The position numbers and the translations under genes were made by a program. Shown here one piece after another: positions 49,301 to 60,418 of a stretch of 64,000 nucleotides of DNA (its first letter is position 1; every line of letters starts with the position of its first letter). Under the pieces are notes generated by a model. It searched no databases. It worked only from the letters and a program-made list of their open reading frames with translations, and had not been told where the DNA came from. This stretch comes from Azolla caroliniana (taxonomy: Eukaryota > Plantae > Polypodiophyta). The DNA lies in assembly GCA_043228905.1 (NCBI GenBank), contig JBHGNT010000018.1:6634001-6698000 (forward strand), given 5' to 3'.

Positions 49301-49935
49301 CCAAACACACTATTTGGAAGTAGGGTTTCGAATGAAGGAAGATCAAAAGTTTCGGACTAATTTAGAACAAAATACTCACTAATTTAGAATTAGGGTTCTT
49401 AAACAAAAGAACCTTTACAATGACTGTATTTACTTACCCAATATCGATGAGCAGTGGATTGAGCCGGGGCACCACGGGGAGAGGGAGGACGTCCAAGACT
49501 GATCCTTTTGGCCGCCCTAATCTGAAATGACTCAGGATCATCCACCTCATTCTGGCTAGACATACTAAGAGCCAAAGCTAGCTGAACTTGGTATTCTTCT
49601 TCATAGTAGTTGAAATTCCCGGGTTCTTCTACTGTTAAACGCGTTTGACTTGCACCCTCATTCCTTCCTTGAGAACCAGTTGAATTAGATGAAGAAGAGC
49701 TCGAATTCGCAGAAGGAGAAGAAGAATTCGATGGCCTAAAGCTGTGCCGGGCATTAGTTAACCATCCAGAGAATCCTGATGAGGCAGTAGCAGAAGTAGT
49801 GGCTGAAGAAGAAGAAGAAGATGGATCTTGATGGACTGCGATTGCAGGATTTCGCCCATCAAATGGTTCATGGCCCCCTCCTCCTCCTCCTCCTCCTCCT
49901 CCTCCTATGTGAAGCTTCCGCAGTATGTGTTTCAT
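43376..49935 (-). CDS. EDR1: EDR1-like Raf-type (B3) MAPKKK, 812 aa, 13 exons: 49935-49438, 48667-48227, 48081-47978, 46890-46259, 46166-46126, 45894-45826, 45741-45641, 45568-45490, 45408-45310, 44952-44884, 44739-44690, 43785-43609, 43454-43376
   Basis: N-terminus [11 protein letters not shown]; [13 protein letters not shown]; EDR1 domain ([38 protein letters not shown]); kinase [48 protein letters not shown]; all junctions GT-AG; 2439 nt in frame. Orthology to EDR1 versus its SIS8-type paralogues is not resolved. Confidence 0.93.
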
Positions 49936-50019
49936 CAGAACAGAACAGAAGAAAGAAAAAAAAAAAGCACCGAAACCCTAAGTAGCTATCTATCCCCTGT
50001 AAATTCCTCGACTGTGCTT

Positions 50020-50196
50020 TTTCGCATCTGTTCCTTTTCTTTCTCTTCTCATGATTCTTTCTCTTCTCATGGTATTCAGTTGACTGTGTTTTGAAGAGGA
50101 GATAGCAATGGATCTGATGCAGGATAGAGAGAGAGAGAAGAGAGAGAAGAGAGAGAAGGGGGAGAGCTTTCAAAATCTTGCTTTTCTGTCTGACCT

Positions 50197-50240
<44 letters not shown>

Positions 50241-50300
50241 GAGGAACAGAGAGAAACAGGGGAAGGGAATTTCATTTCATTGTCTTTGAAGTTTATATAT
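50020..50300 (-). promoter_or_regulatory. CT-rich 5' UTR/core promoter of the kinase gene with TATA-like element
   Basis: (CT)n tracts on the sense strand 50125-50260; ATATATAAAC on minus strand at 50291-50300. Confidence 0.5.
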
Positions 50301-53198
50301 AATTACATGGCCTGCCCTCCTCCATCCCTTCCAAATTTATACACATACCCTTCTTATAGTTCAAGAAGAAATTTTATATACATATGTATGTATAGATATA
50401 TAGATATATAATATATGTATATAACCAGCACACCCTTGGGTCAACAAGCTTTAGCTAATATGTATGCACTCCACCATAAATATATGCATATGGCTTATCA
50501 TGTCATTTACCATTCACGCCAAGCCACATTCATACCCCTCGGCCTGTAGTTGATTTTCGTCCACGCTGTTTTTTTAACACAGTCGTTTTTATTAAGAATC
50601 TTGTTAACCGTTTATCGATCCTGCATTCGTTGTTCCAAGATCTAGGATAATAGCTTGCAATCCGTTTATCGATTATGCGTTCGTTGTTCATGATTCGGGA
50701 TATAGCTCGCAATCTATGGTATATGACGTTGAGTAAATCTACGCAATGAATGTAACCTAGACCACCAATGCATATGATAGACGACTTTCGTCAATGCAGT
50801 GATTATGAGCATGATTACCGACTGTTATTGTCAACATGAAATAAATGCAAGATAATTAGCTAAATTAGTGTTACCATTTATTGGACTAGGTTTTCATGCG
50901 AATAAAAAAAAAACTTTGTCAGCTATAGTTCATAAAACATAAAACCACTGTAATTTCTTCCACGTATAGTTACTGATGATATTTGTCCGTCCGGCTACAT
51001 AGGCATACTTTTTGACTTTTTGCAGGACACGAGACGTGTGTTGTGATGTTAATTTTTTTAATGTGCATGTAATGATTTCAAGCATTTATTGATTTCTTCC
51101 CCGATCTCTTGAGAGTATTATGTCTGCCCAGTTGATGATTTCGAACATCGATTGTTTTCTTCCTTAATATGTGTTGATTTCAAGCATTTATTGTTTTCTT
51201 CCTTAACCTCTCGAGTATGTCCACATACTTACTAATTTGTTCATTCTCTCCCTCACTCCTCTCTCGACTACTATTACCAATCACCACCACTACTAATCCT
51301 CTGTCACATGATGTGGAGAAAACCTCAAGATTCCTTGTGCAGCACAAGAAATTCAATTTAAGTCATGTCTCGATCATAAATCCAACATTAGGCCTGACAT
51401 AATTTCCATCATATTTGTTTTATTTCATTTCTTGCTATGAATTTGTGGTAATGAATTAAGAAACACCACAACATTGTGTACTAAAGCATAATGTCAAAGC
51501 GTGGCCTTTATACATCATGATCATACAAGACAATTTAGACATTCGTGCCAATAGAATCATTACTAGATAATCAATATTTATTTAAATATATAAAGCGACT
51601 AAACTTGTGGTGCTTTGCAACCTTAAAGATTATGGCTTTAAGTCTACGAGAACAACATGTTTCTATGATACATTTTGTTCGCGGTTTTCAATTTGTGGTG
51701 GTCATTAATAGTTTGCTTTGAAAACGTGGCTTTAGGAATCACTTCCAACAACCCAAGTGTTGAAAGAACAACATTGCCACATAATGCGTAAAAAGAATGT
51801 TAATGATGAATAGCAAACAAGCACATGAATAAAAATAATAGAAAAATGGGTTGTGCCCCACATAAAGGAGAATGTATTGGAGAAGCTTCATCGCTTTGAT
51901 ATGAGATGTTGTGCAAAGCTATGATGATCCCTTTAGGGGAAATATAAAGACATTATGCAATAACATCGATCATTGATCATGATATATAATATTTTTAAAA
52001 GGGATTAAGTTTGTTGGTGGTGCAACCGTAAAGACCTGAGCTTAAATTGTCAAACTATTAGTTCATAATGGAAAAACAGTACATTAACTCATGCTTTGAT
52101 AGTAACGTGTTTAATTTATTAACTCCTTTTAATGCTTTTTGGTGTACACGAAAGAGAATTTGTTCAAAGTTTAATGTAATTGTGTAGGTAGACAAGATTC
52201 AATTGCGAGTTTTCTTATTATTATGAGGTCCACATGTACACGAAATGACTTCTCGCACATGCCTCGTATGGTAGGTTCATTTTAGTTCTCTTTGTAGGAA
52301 ATGGTGGGTAGTGTGCTTGTAATCCATGCAAATTGGATTCAAATTTATTTATTTTGCTTGGCTAGTGAACAATGTACTCCTGCTCGCATCACATGCACAA
52401 ATGATTTATATTTTCCAAAGTATGAAGTCAATGATAGATGCCAAGGTCATATAACTAGAACTAGCTACTTGAGGTTGTATGATGACGAACATATTACATT
52501 GTGTTCGATGGGATGATGATGTCATAATTTTGCTACGGCTATAAACTCGAGAAAAAAAAAACGAATCTATAATATTTAAATTGTAAAGCTGAGCTTGCAA
52601 CCTTGAGTTGTTGAGTCATTCTGACACCAAAAATACTATTCTAGATACAAATTATTAGTATATCCGTTGTGATCAATACGAGCAACAACATAGGGGATGG
52701 GTTTCCCATTGTTTTAAGGATTTTGATTTCTGATATTAAAGATTCTTATTAGTATCATTTTACAGTAGAGTGTGTGATGCATTATAACAACCAAATGACA
52801 CAACCAACATTCCTTTTTTAAAGGAAATTTATCATTTTCAACCCTTAGATTATGGAGATTGAATTTGTAAAACCATTTTTTGGGAGCAAACCGTTAGCGT
52901 GCATCATCACGATTTTTTTAGCATTGCCTTTTGAGACAATGTTATTGTTTTCAATGCTTGCATTGAGGAAAGTAATTTTGAAAAAGCTAATTTTAAGGAA
53001 CATATAGCTAATATGCATTATATCAAAGTGAAAATGGGAAGAATTGTTATAAAGGACACAACATCAAACCAATTGTCCACAACTTTAACTCTTCATTTTA
53101 AGGTTACAACAACCAAGGTGAGATATAATCTAAAATAAAGAAACTCATTAGGTCAAACTTGTGGGTAGGGATTATGTATATTATATTATATACATACA

Positions 53199-53681
53199 TG
53201 TGACATGCTATATGAACCCGAAGGAGCATGGATAGAACAACTATACGACAAGGTGAGAGACAAATGAATGTGGATGCATGCACTCATGGTGAGAAATGGT
53301 GGAAATTGAACAAAGATTGCACACTCACCAATTGTGAGTCCAAGCATTTATGTGAGGCACTTACATGCAGAAAGGAACTCCTCACCATCACATCACCATG
53401 GTAGAGATTGTCTCTTTGTCATCACATCATCATATGAGAGCTTGTCTCCTTGTCATCCCATCCTCATGGGAGAGCTAGATCATAGAGTTCCTATCAAAGG
53501 AGAGCCTAGGGAAGCAAAAAGAGAGGCCAAGGAGGAGCATTGTAATTAGGATACGGTATAAGGAATGAGTTTTGCGTTAGAAGCATGATTTGTACATGAG
53601 CTATGATAAGTTACATAATAAAATCATGATGAGTCTAGAGAGAGGAAGGGAAAGAACTTATCAATGTGTGGCGGTGTTACA
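53199..53681. repeat. Possible old solo LTR
   Basis: TGTGACA...TGTTACA ends and an internal cctatcaaagg TATA-like motif; no TSD recognised. Confidence 0.3.
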
Positions 53682-55473
53682 CTTTGGCTAGACATAAAGC
53701 ATAGAAAACCTTCTCGATAATGCACCCCCCCTAAAAAACCTTAGAAAATAATGCTTATACTCAAACATTTGCCAAAAGGCACAAATATGTAAATGACCAA
53801 ATGTAAAAGAAGTATAAAAGTGAATATGTAAATGTTTCTTCTTGATTTGATGGATTCCAATATGTTTGTGGTCAAGGAACGAAAGGCTTGATTGTTAATA
53901 TACTTTTGGGATTTCCTAATGTTTTATTTGATTCATGAATGATTCAGTATCTAGGTTAAGTTATCAAGAACTAATGTTTAAGGTTAAGAGTAAGAGTTAT
54001 TAAGAGCGTTGGCTAGCTGAGGCTATGTAGTTAGTATGCTTGGAAATGGATTGACAAAACATTCTTCACCACTACCCATCTACCCATTTCCCATCAATGA
54101 TCAAACAAGAAGTTAACCATGTGACAATAACATTGTTATTAGGGACTAAATAAATGCTTGTAAATGATTAGTTGAGTTTTTTGTGAGCTTTAGAGGCCAT
54201 GCATTTTCTTTATGAAGCCTACTTTTTCATTAAATTTTATGTTATTTTGGTTAGTTTTTTTCTTAATTCCATATATCTTGTGAGTAGAGTTTATTAAAAA
54301 ATTTATTTACTATTTTTTGGTTAATTTAGGTGGTTGTTGAAATTCCCCATTTTGAGGGGGAGGTGAGAAACTATAGAAAACAAAATGCAAAGGAGCAAAT
54401 GAACATATTGAGAAAAGGTGCCTAGAAATCAACATTTTTTTTTGTCTTGGCTCCTTACTCCTTTCCTCACTGGGATCCCGACTGATGTCGAATAGTGGAT
54501 GACTTTGATATGTTGTGCTTTGGTCTCTTCCATTAGCTTCAGGTGAAAGCATGGGAATGAGAGCAAATTAGCCGTTTCATTGACATAACTAATTAGCTAT
54601 ACAAAAATCTGAATTTAATTTAGTTGTTTGGCAATTATCGAGATTTAAAAAAAAAAACTATCCTCCATTAGTATTAAATTTAAAGTGGCCCAAGGCAAGA
54701 TACAAGATAATCCAACATTACAATGAATATTGTGTAGCCATGTTAACTAACCGTAGCCAATCTTTCTAGATAAAGATAAATTTTTTTTTTTATTAGCCAA
54801 TCTTATTCATATTCGGCATCCAAGAATAATGTTTCATCCAAATAGCCCCTTTCTTTCAATCTCAACATGCATCTCACGTCCCTTCAGAATCTCCTTGCAT
54901 TTTTAGTGTCTTTGCACTTGCAATATATGATATGTTATTTTCTTTTCAACTTCTACACCAGAATTCGAATGAATCCTCCAAATTTCTCGCATCTTACCAA
55001 ACTTGGTTCGTAAACACGAACTCCACAATCGATGAACTTCTCCCTAAGTAATATTGTTGCCCTACTAGTGTCCATATCACTAAGTAATGTTGATGCCATG
55101 CCAAAAACACGTTCACGTTCACAAGTGGAAGGATCGCGCATAAATGGAAGGATAAGGAAAATTTTGGTTGATTTTAGGGCTTTTTCAATGATTTTACAAA
55201 ACACATTGATACCAGTATCATACATGTTCAAACATACTATAAAAAAGGTTAAAAATCCACTATTTTCGTGATTTAGAAGTAACTAAAAAAAGAGGAATTT
55301 CAAAAAGTTACATTCTCAATTTATATCACAAACTTTACAACCAATGTTATTTTATAAGAAACGATTTTTTAGAAATCATAAGAATTCAAAACACATGCTT
55401 TTATATTACTCGATTTGTTACAAGCGGAATGTAGTTACACTTAATAGCCAAAAATACATTCGTGATCACTCCT

Positions 55474-58260
55474 TTATGGAGAATCACTACTATAACTAAA
55501 ATACAATGACGATTCCTCCTCGTCATCCTCGGATGTACCAATTAATGCATTATCTTCGTCATAAACCAAATGGTTTGACTCTAGATTATATGTAGCAGAT
55601 CTCGTTTGCCTTTGACTCAAGCCACCTTGTAGACCTGGTAATTTTTCTTTTATTATATCTATTGTTGACTTCCTTAATTGTCTGACTTTTGTAAGTGTGA
55701 AGTCGTACACGATGATATCCACATCAGAGATATCAAGGGTCGAGGTGTTATGAATGTTTCGCTTCCTCTTCCTACCTCCCCTTCTTGTTGGGCATTCAAT
55801 CATCTCCAATGTATACTTACCTGTAAAAGCATTTGCACTTCTAGTGTTGTACCAATGAACGTTTATAGACTTGATCGTGTTTTCTATTTCATGCATTAAC
55901 ACTTCTAGAATTTTACCAACCCAAAATTGGTGGCCATGTGAGTTCTCATCAGCCGGCGTTGCAATCAACATCCCCGCCGTGAGCTCTTGCAAATTGCCTT
56001 GCCATCTAGCTTCGGCTGCTTTGGTCATCCTTGGTCCCACATAAATGTCTCTTTGTTGTGGATGGACCAAGCTGTCATTAATTGCATTTGTTGGTTGCTC
56101 CGAAGTTCTATTTACACGATCATGTTGCAGCGACCATGTGAATGGCGTTTCCAAATTCCAATTATCACCAAATACACAATTGTCTATAATTCCTTTCTGA
56201 TCACTATAAAATACATCCCACCATGACGTGTCTTGTTGTGCGGCATATTTCTTGGCGGCCTCAATATGCTTTCTTTTTTCTTCTAAGGCTTGGAGCCATG
56301 ACCGTTTTTGTTCTGATACCAAGTCACTCTGCAACTGTCCTTTCTTCTCAATTGGCATTTGCTTAGCTCCATGGACAATTGTACTCGGCATACAAAGTAA
56401 TAACTGGCAACCACCTTCAGGTTCCCATGTTGTAGAAGATGAATATTGTTTAGCATACAAAAGTGTAGAACCACTTATTCCATTTTTCTTTATCATAAAA
56501 ATGTGTTTGAAACTTATATTGTTTAACTGGGCAAGCACTTTAACATTCCCACCACCCCCATCTGATATATATCTCTTAAAGTCATATACCTCCATCAAGT
56601 GTAACACTTTTGGGCGTGGTGTATATGCATCACAAATGACATCAAATAGTTTAGGCAATGTGAAAGCCTCATGTTGAGACAACTGTCTGGAGAATGTGCT
56701 AAACATCTGATCTATATGGTCATGTGTGTGGCCAACCAAAAGAAAATTGACTTTCACTTTCCTAAACAATCCTTGGTTGACCAACATACTTAGATAGCCA
56801 AACACAGTTGAATTTTTGTTCTCTGTAGCAGTATTGTCCAATTGAATGTATAGAACAGGGGGGAAAGGTTGGCCCCAAGACATCAAAACTTGGTGAATCA
56901 CTGTAACTGTTAGGTTAGGGTCATTGTGAACATTGGGGTATGTAATGAAGACGTGAGGTCCAACAGACCTATTATAAGCCAAGCATCCCACCAAGTGCAT
57001 TTGAACAAGGCACTCATCATTGACATCTTTGGGGAGCCTCCGCATATGCGGCAAGCACGTCTTCTTCTGGTCCATGCCATCTATCATTAAGCACATGTAT
57101 TGTTCGGGGCTCTTCAAACACTTCTCTCTATGATGCATCGCCTTCTTTCGTTTTAACGATTGTGCCTCACGATGCTCTTGTAGTACCTTCTTACTCATAT
57201 CCTTTTCCATTGATGTCTTTGCACCTTTAGCCAAACTTTTAAGATTTGCACAAATGGAGCAATACCCCATGCATACTTTACATGGAATGATAACATTTGA
57301 AAACCGAGCTCTCCATAATCTTGTGAATTGGCTATATGTGATAGACTTATTACGTGAGCCCACCATATCAGATCGATAGACATCATAAATTTCCCGACGT
57401 GTATAATTATCAGAAAGGTGCATCCTACTTGTAGTGGGCATTACTTCATAATTTAACTGAAAGTAACTTTTCATCCAACCAATAGCATGTCTTCCAATTG
57501 CACCTTTCATACTTGGAACCTCTTTACAATTGAGCATTTGATCCCCGCTAAGTAGACGTTGTTGTACTCTATGTAGTCGCATGTTACTAACACATAACGC
57601 AATTTTGAATGTAACTCTACATATCTGTTGCGCATGGAAGATATAATACTCGAATGATACTTTGATCCCCGTACATTTTTCAGATACTAGTTGCATATGT
57701 GACCTGAGGTAAGTGTCTTGCTCATCACCAGTCATCGAAAAATAGTATCGCCTTAATTCTCGCAACTTTGATTTTCCAATAATAGACATACAACCACGGG
57801 CACAACATATTTTTTTGACATCAAATCCAATATGTTTATCTGATGTCACCAAGCTAAATCTAGCTAGACGAATTCTTCGTGGGATTCTTCTAATATGCAT
57901 AGGGCTTCCAGATTTCTCTTCCTACATAGAAGTTGGTGTAACCTTGTTACAATCCAATTCTTTGTTGTGACCATCACCAATGTTATTCGGCGTTTCATTG
58001 TCACTACCTTCATTCTCCGTATCTTTATTAATATCGTATTCTTCAATAGAGAACTCTTCACATGTGTCATTATTTACATTCCTTGTAGGTGAAGATGAGC
58101 TCAGACAATACTCTTCAATAGAATATGGTGAGTCTTCCGATAGACAATATTCTTCAATAGAATATGGTGAGTCTGTCAACAAACAATACTCTTCGGTAGA
58201 AAACGATGAGTTTGATGAAAAACAATATTCTTCAATCAAGAACGGTGAATCTTCACTCAT
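55474..58260 (-). pseudogene. Sola-like (DUF7869-type) DDD transposase, ~928 codons with one in-frame TAG at 57922-57924
   Basis: ORFs 57922-58260 and 55474-57900 are in the same frame. Motifs: CxxC..H (CSIC...EHRE), IDGMDQKK.CLPH, YIQLDNT..ENKN, FLLVGHTHDHIDQMFS. Intronless. Superfamily assignment is from remembered motif similarity; TIRs not found. Confidence 0.75.
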
Positions 58261-58319
58261 GGCTTAAGGTCTAGATGGGGCTCTTTAAGTTATGTGCTTA
58301 GGCTAAGGCAAAAAACTAA

Positions 58320-58385
58320 TAAGCTCCTCTCTAAACATATACTCCTCTCAAAACATAAACTCCTCTCTAAACAAAAGCTCCCTCA
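58320..58385. repeat. ~18-bp tandem repeat upstream of the transposase start
   Basis: ctcctctc(t/a)aaaca x3 plus a partial copy. Confidence 0.7.
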
Positions 58386-58565
58386 ATATAATGTCTATAT
58401 TATTTAATATTATATTAATACAATACATAAAAAATATTATTTTTAATATAGTAATTGTATTTAAAATATTAATAATTACTTAAACTAGGTCTATATGAAG
58501 TTAAATAAAGTATAATACAATTACAATCATTACCAAGCCATAAATATGTTGGATTAAAGTTAAAA

Positions 58566-58750
58566 TCATTGGTTAATTAATGGCACCCATATTTTAATAT
58601 AGAACTTCTCAGTCATTGGTTCATTAATGCCCACCATTTTAAATATTAGACATATCAATCATTGGTTCATTCATGCCCACATCTTTAATACAAAGCAATT
58701 AAGAGTCATAAAAATGTTGCTTTCAGTAATCAATCATTGGTTCATTCATG
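58566..58750 (-). promoter_or_regulatory. Array of four CCAAT-containing repeats
   Basis: tcattggtt(a/c)att(a/c)atg at 58566, 58613, 58659 and 58734. Confidence 0.55.
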
Positions 58751-58963
58751 AACCTCTATCATTGTGTCCTTCATGACCTTCAAAGTCATTGTAAGTTATT
58801 ATGACTATAAAATATTCATCAATATATTAGTTTGACTGTGTAATCATTAATGCAATCATAAGTTACTCTGGTTAATGTGATTGTGGTTACTAACTAACTA
58901 ACCTCAAGCTTACCAACCCTGGTTAAGGTGATGGTGGTTACTTTAACCATTGTGGTCAATCCC

Positions 58964-59167
58964 TATAAATAGGAAGACCTCGTTATATTTCACTCACAAG
59001 AGCACACAGAGCGAACAGAGCGAACAGAGCGAACAGAGCGAACAGAGCACACAGAGCACACAGAGCACACAAAGCACACAGAGCATGAAGCACGAAAGCA
59101 TGATCTCCGCCTACACTTCGACAAGATCAACCATGTCTTCAAGGAAAATCGAGCGCTAGGACTCCAG
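58964..59167 (+). promoter_or_regulatory. TATA box, 9-bp-repeat leader and putative first exon of a divergent transcript
   Basis: TATAAATA 58964-58971; Inr-like tcactca ~58990; (acagagcga/acagagcac)n 59004-59083; splice-donor-like CAG/GTAGG at 59167/59168. Confidence 0.5.
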
Positions 59168-59214
59168 GTAGGCCTCTAACACTGTGGACATTTTTGTAAA
59201 TATGTTTTGTCACT

Positions 59215-59624
59215 CAAGAACTCGATACGCCGTATCGAGTTCCTGTTTAAAGTTTAGGTTTTAAACAGGAACTCGATACGCCGTATCGAGTTCCTCTATT
59301 TTCTTTGCTTTTTAAACAGGAACTCGATACGCTGTATCGAGTTCCTGTATTATGTTTGCGTTTTAAACAGGAACTCAATACGACGTATCGAGTTCCTGTA
59401 TAATATTTGTGTTTTATACAGGAAATCGATACGGCGTATCGAGCTCCTGTTTAAAACACAAACATAATACAGGAATTCGATACACCGTATTGAGTCCCAG
59501 TGTTATGTAACTCTTTTTTATGTATCGAGTTCTTGTGTAAAGTATGTGTTTGATACACGAACTTGATACCCTGCATCGATTTCATGTACATACACGAACT
59601 ATATACAGGAACATGATACAACGT
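59215..59624. repeat. Array of 31-bp palindromes with 51-bp period
   Basis: CAGGAACTCGATACG-N-CGTATCGAGTTCCTG at 59215, 59266, 59317, 59368, 59419 and 59470, then degenerate copies at ~59521, ~59556 and 59606; 20-bp AT-rich spacers. Confidence 0.92.
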
Positions 59625-59723
59625 TGTCATAGTGTATTTTGTACACTACGTGAAAAACGTATATAGTATTAGATTCAATAAAAAATGAAGAAATAGAAGA
59701 AAATAGCAAAATAAATGGAACAT

Positions 59724-59793
59724 GCATAGGGCAAGATTCGAACCTTGCACCTCCATGTTAATAATGTAATGTCTTACCATTACACTAGCATTT
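59724..59793 (-). other. tRNA-like Pol III A-box/B-box cassette inside the LTR (second copy 62541-62610)
   Basis: Minus strand TAGTGTAATGGTAAGAC...GGAGGTGCAAGGTTCGAATCTTGC: A box TAGTGTAATGG, B box GGTTCGAATC, tRNA-like spacing; no acceptor stem. Confidence 0.6.
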
Positions 59794-60384
59794 CATTAGT
59801 GTTAAAGTATAGATGTCCCACATAGAAAGGTAAATTCACGCTAGGATAAACATTAGAAAAACGCATAACAAAAGAAAAAGCTACACATACACATCTAGCG
59901 TGCATGATAAAAAACGCACAAGTTAGAAAAAAGCATGATCACTTTAGATAAAGCATATAGTCTATCTATAGGAAAAGCATGGGGTCTATAGTTAGAGAAA
60001 AAGCATGGATTACTAAGACTTTCTCATCACTACATAAGGATGGGGAGCACAATGTAATAGGCGTGTGAAATATTTGGAAATTGGATATATTTCCGAAAAC
60101 ACCAACCGATTAATATAATCGTGGGATTCACGAAAATAATATAATCTATACTTGTGGGATTCACAAGTTTCTTATATCTTTCTTTCAATCTAAATACATA
60201 TTCTTATCTAAATATTGATTAATCGAATACAATACACTCGTGGGATTCACGAAATTTCTATCTCTCTTTCTAATAATCTATTCATTACTAGCCTCATCTC
60301 ATATTCTTCTTTCTCCTAGACCAAAACCCCAGTGGTTCCCACCCGACTCACGCAACGATCCGCAGCCGAAAGGCACGACACAGT

Positions 60385-60402
60385 TGGTGAACCCGACGTG
60401 AA
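60385..60402 (+). promoter_or_regulatory. tRNA-Trp primer-binding site (second copy 63202-63219)
   Basis: TGGTGAACCCGACGTGAA, 18-nt complement of the plant tRNA-Trp 3' end. Confidence 0.85.
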
Positions 60403-60418
60403 GGCGGGTGGCAAGGAG

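Noticed and set aside
49868-50411. ORFs with poly-SL, poly-ER or poly-R tracts
   Set aside because: Translations of (GA)n and (CCT)n microsatellites in the kinase 5' region.
54953-55231. 92-aa ORF downstream of the transposase
   Set aside because: No recognisable motif; cannot be supported without a homology search.
59215-59624. True CRISPR array
   Set aside because: Eukaryotic context, no cas genes, and the 20-bp spacers are homologous to each other (one inverted) rather than unique. Kept as a palindromic repeat array.
59724-59793. Functional tRNA gene
   Set aside because: A and B boxes are present, but the acceptor and anticodon stems do not pair.
60332-60418. GTG-initiated N-terminal extension of the gag ORF
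   Set aside because: It starts within the LTR and crosses the PBS; the ATG at 60419 is the plausible start.
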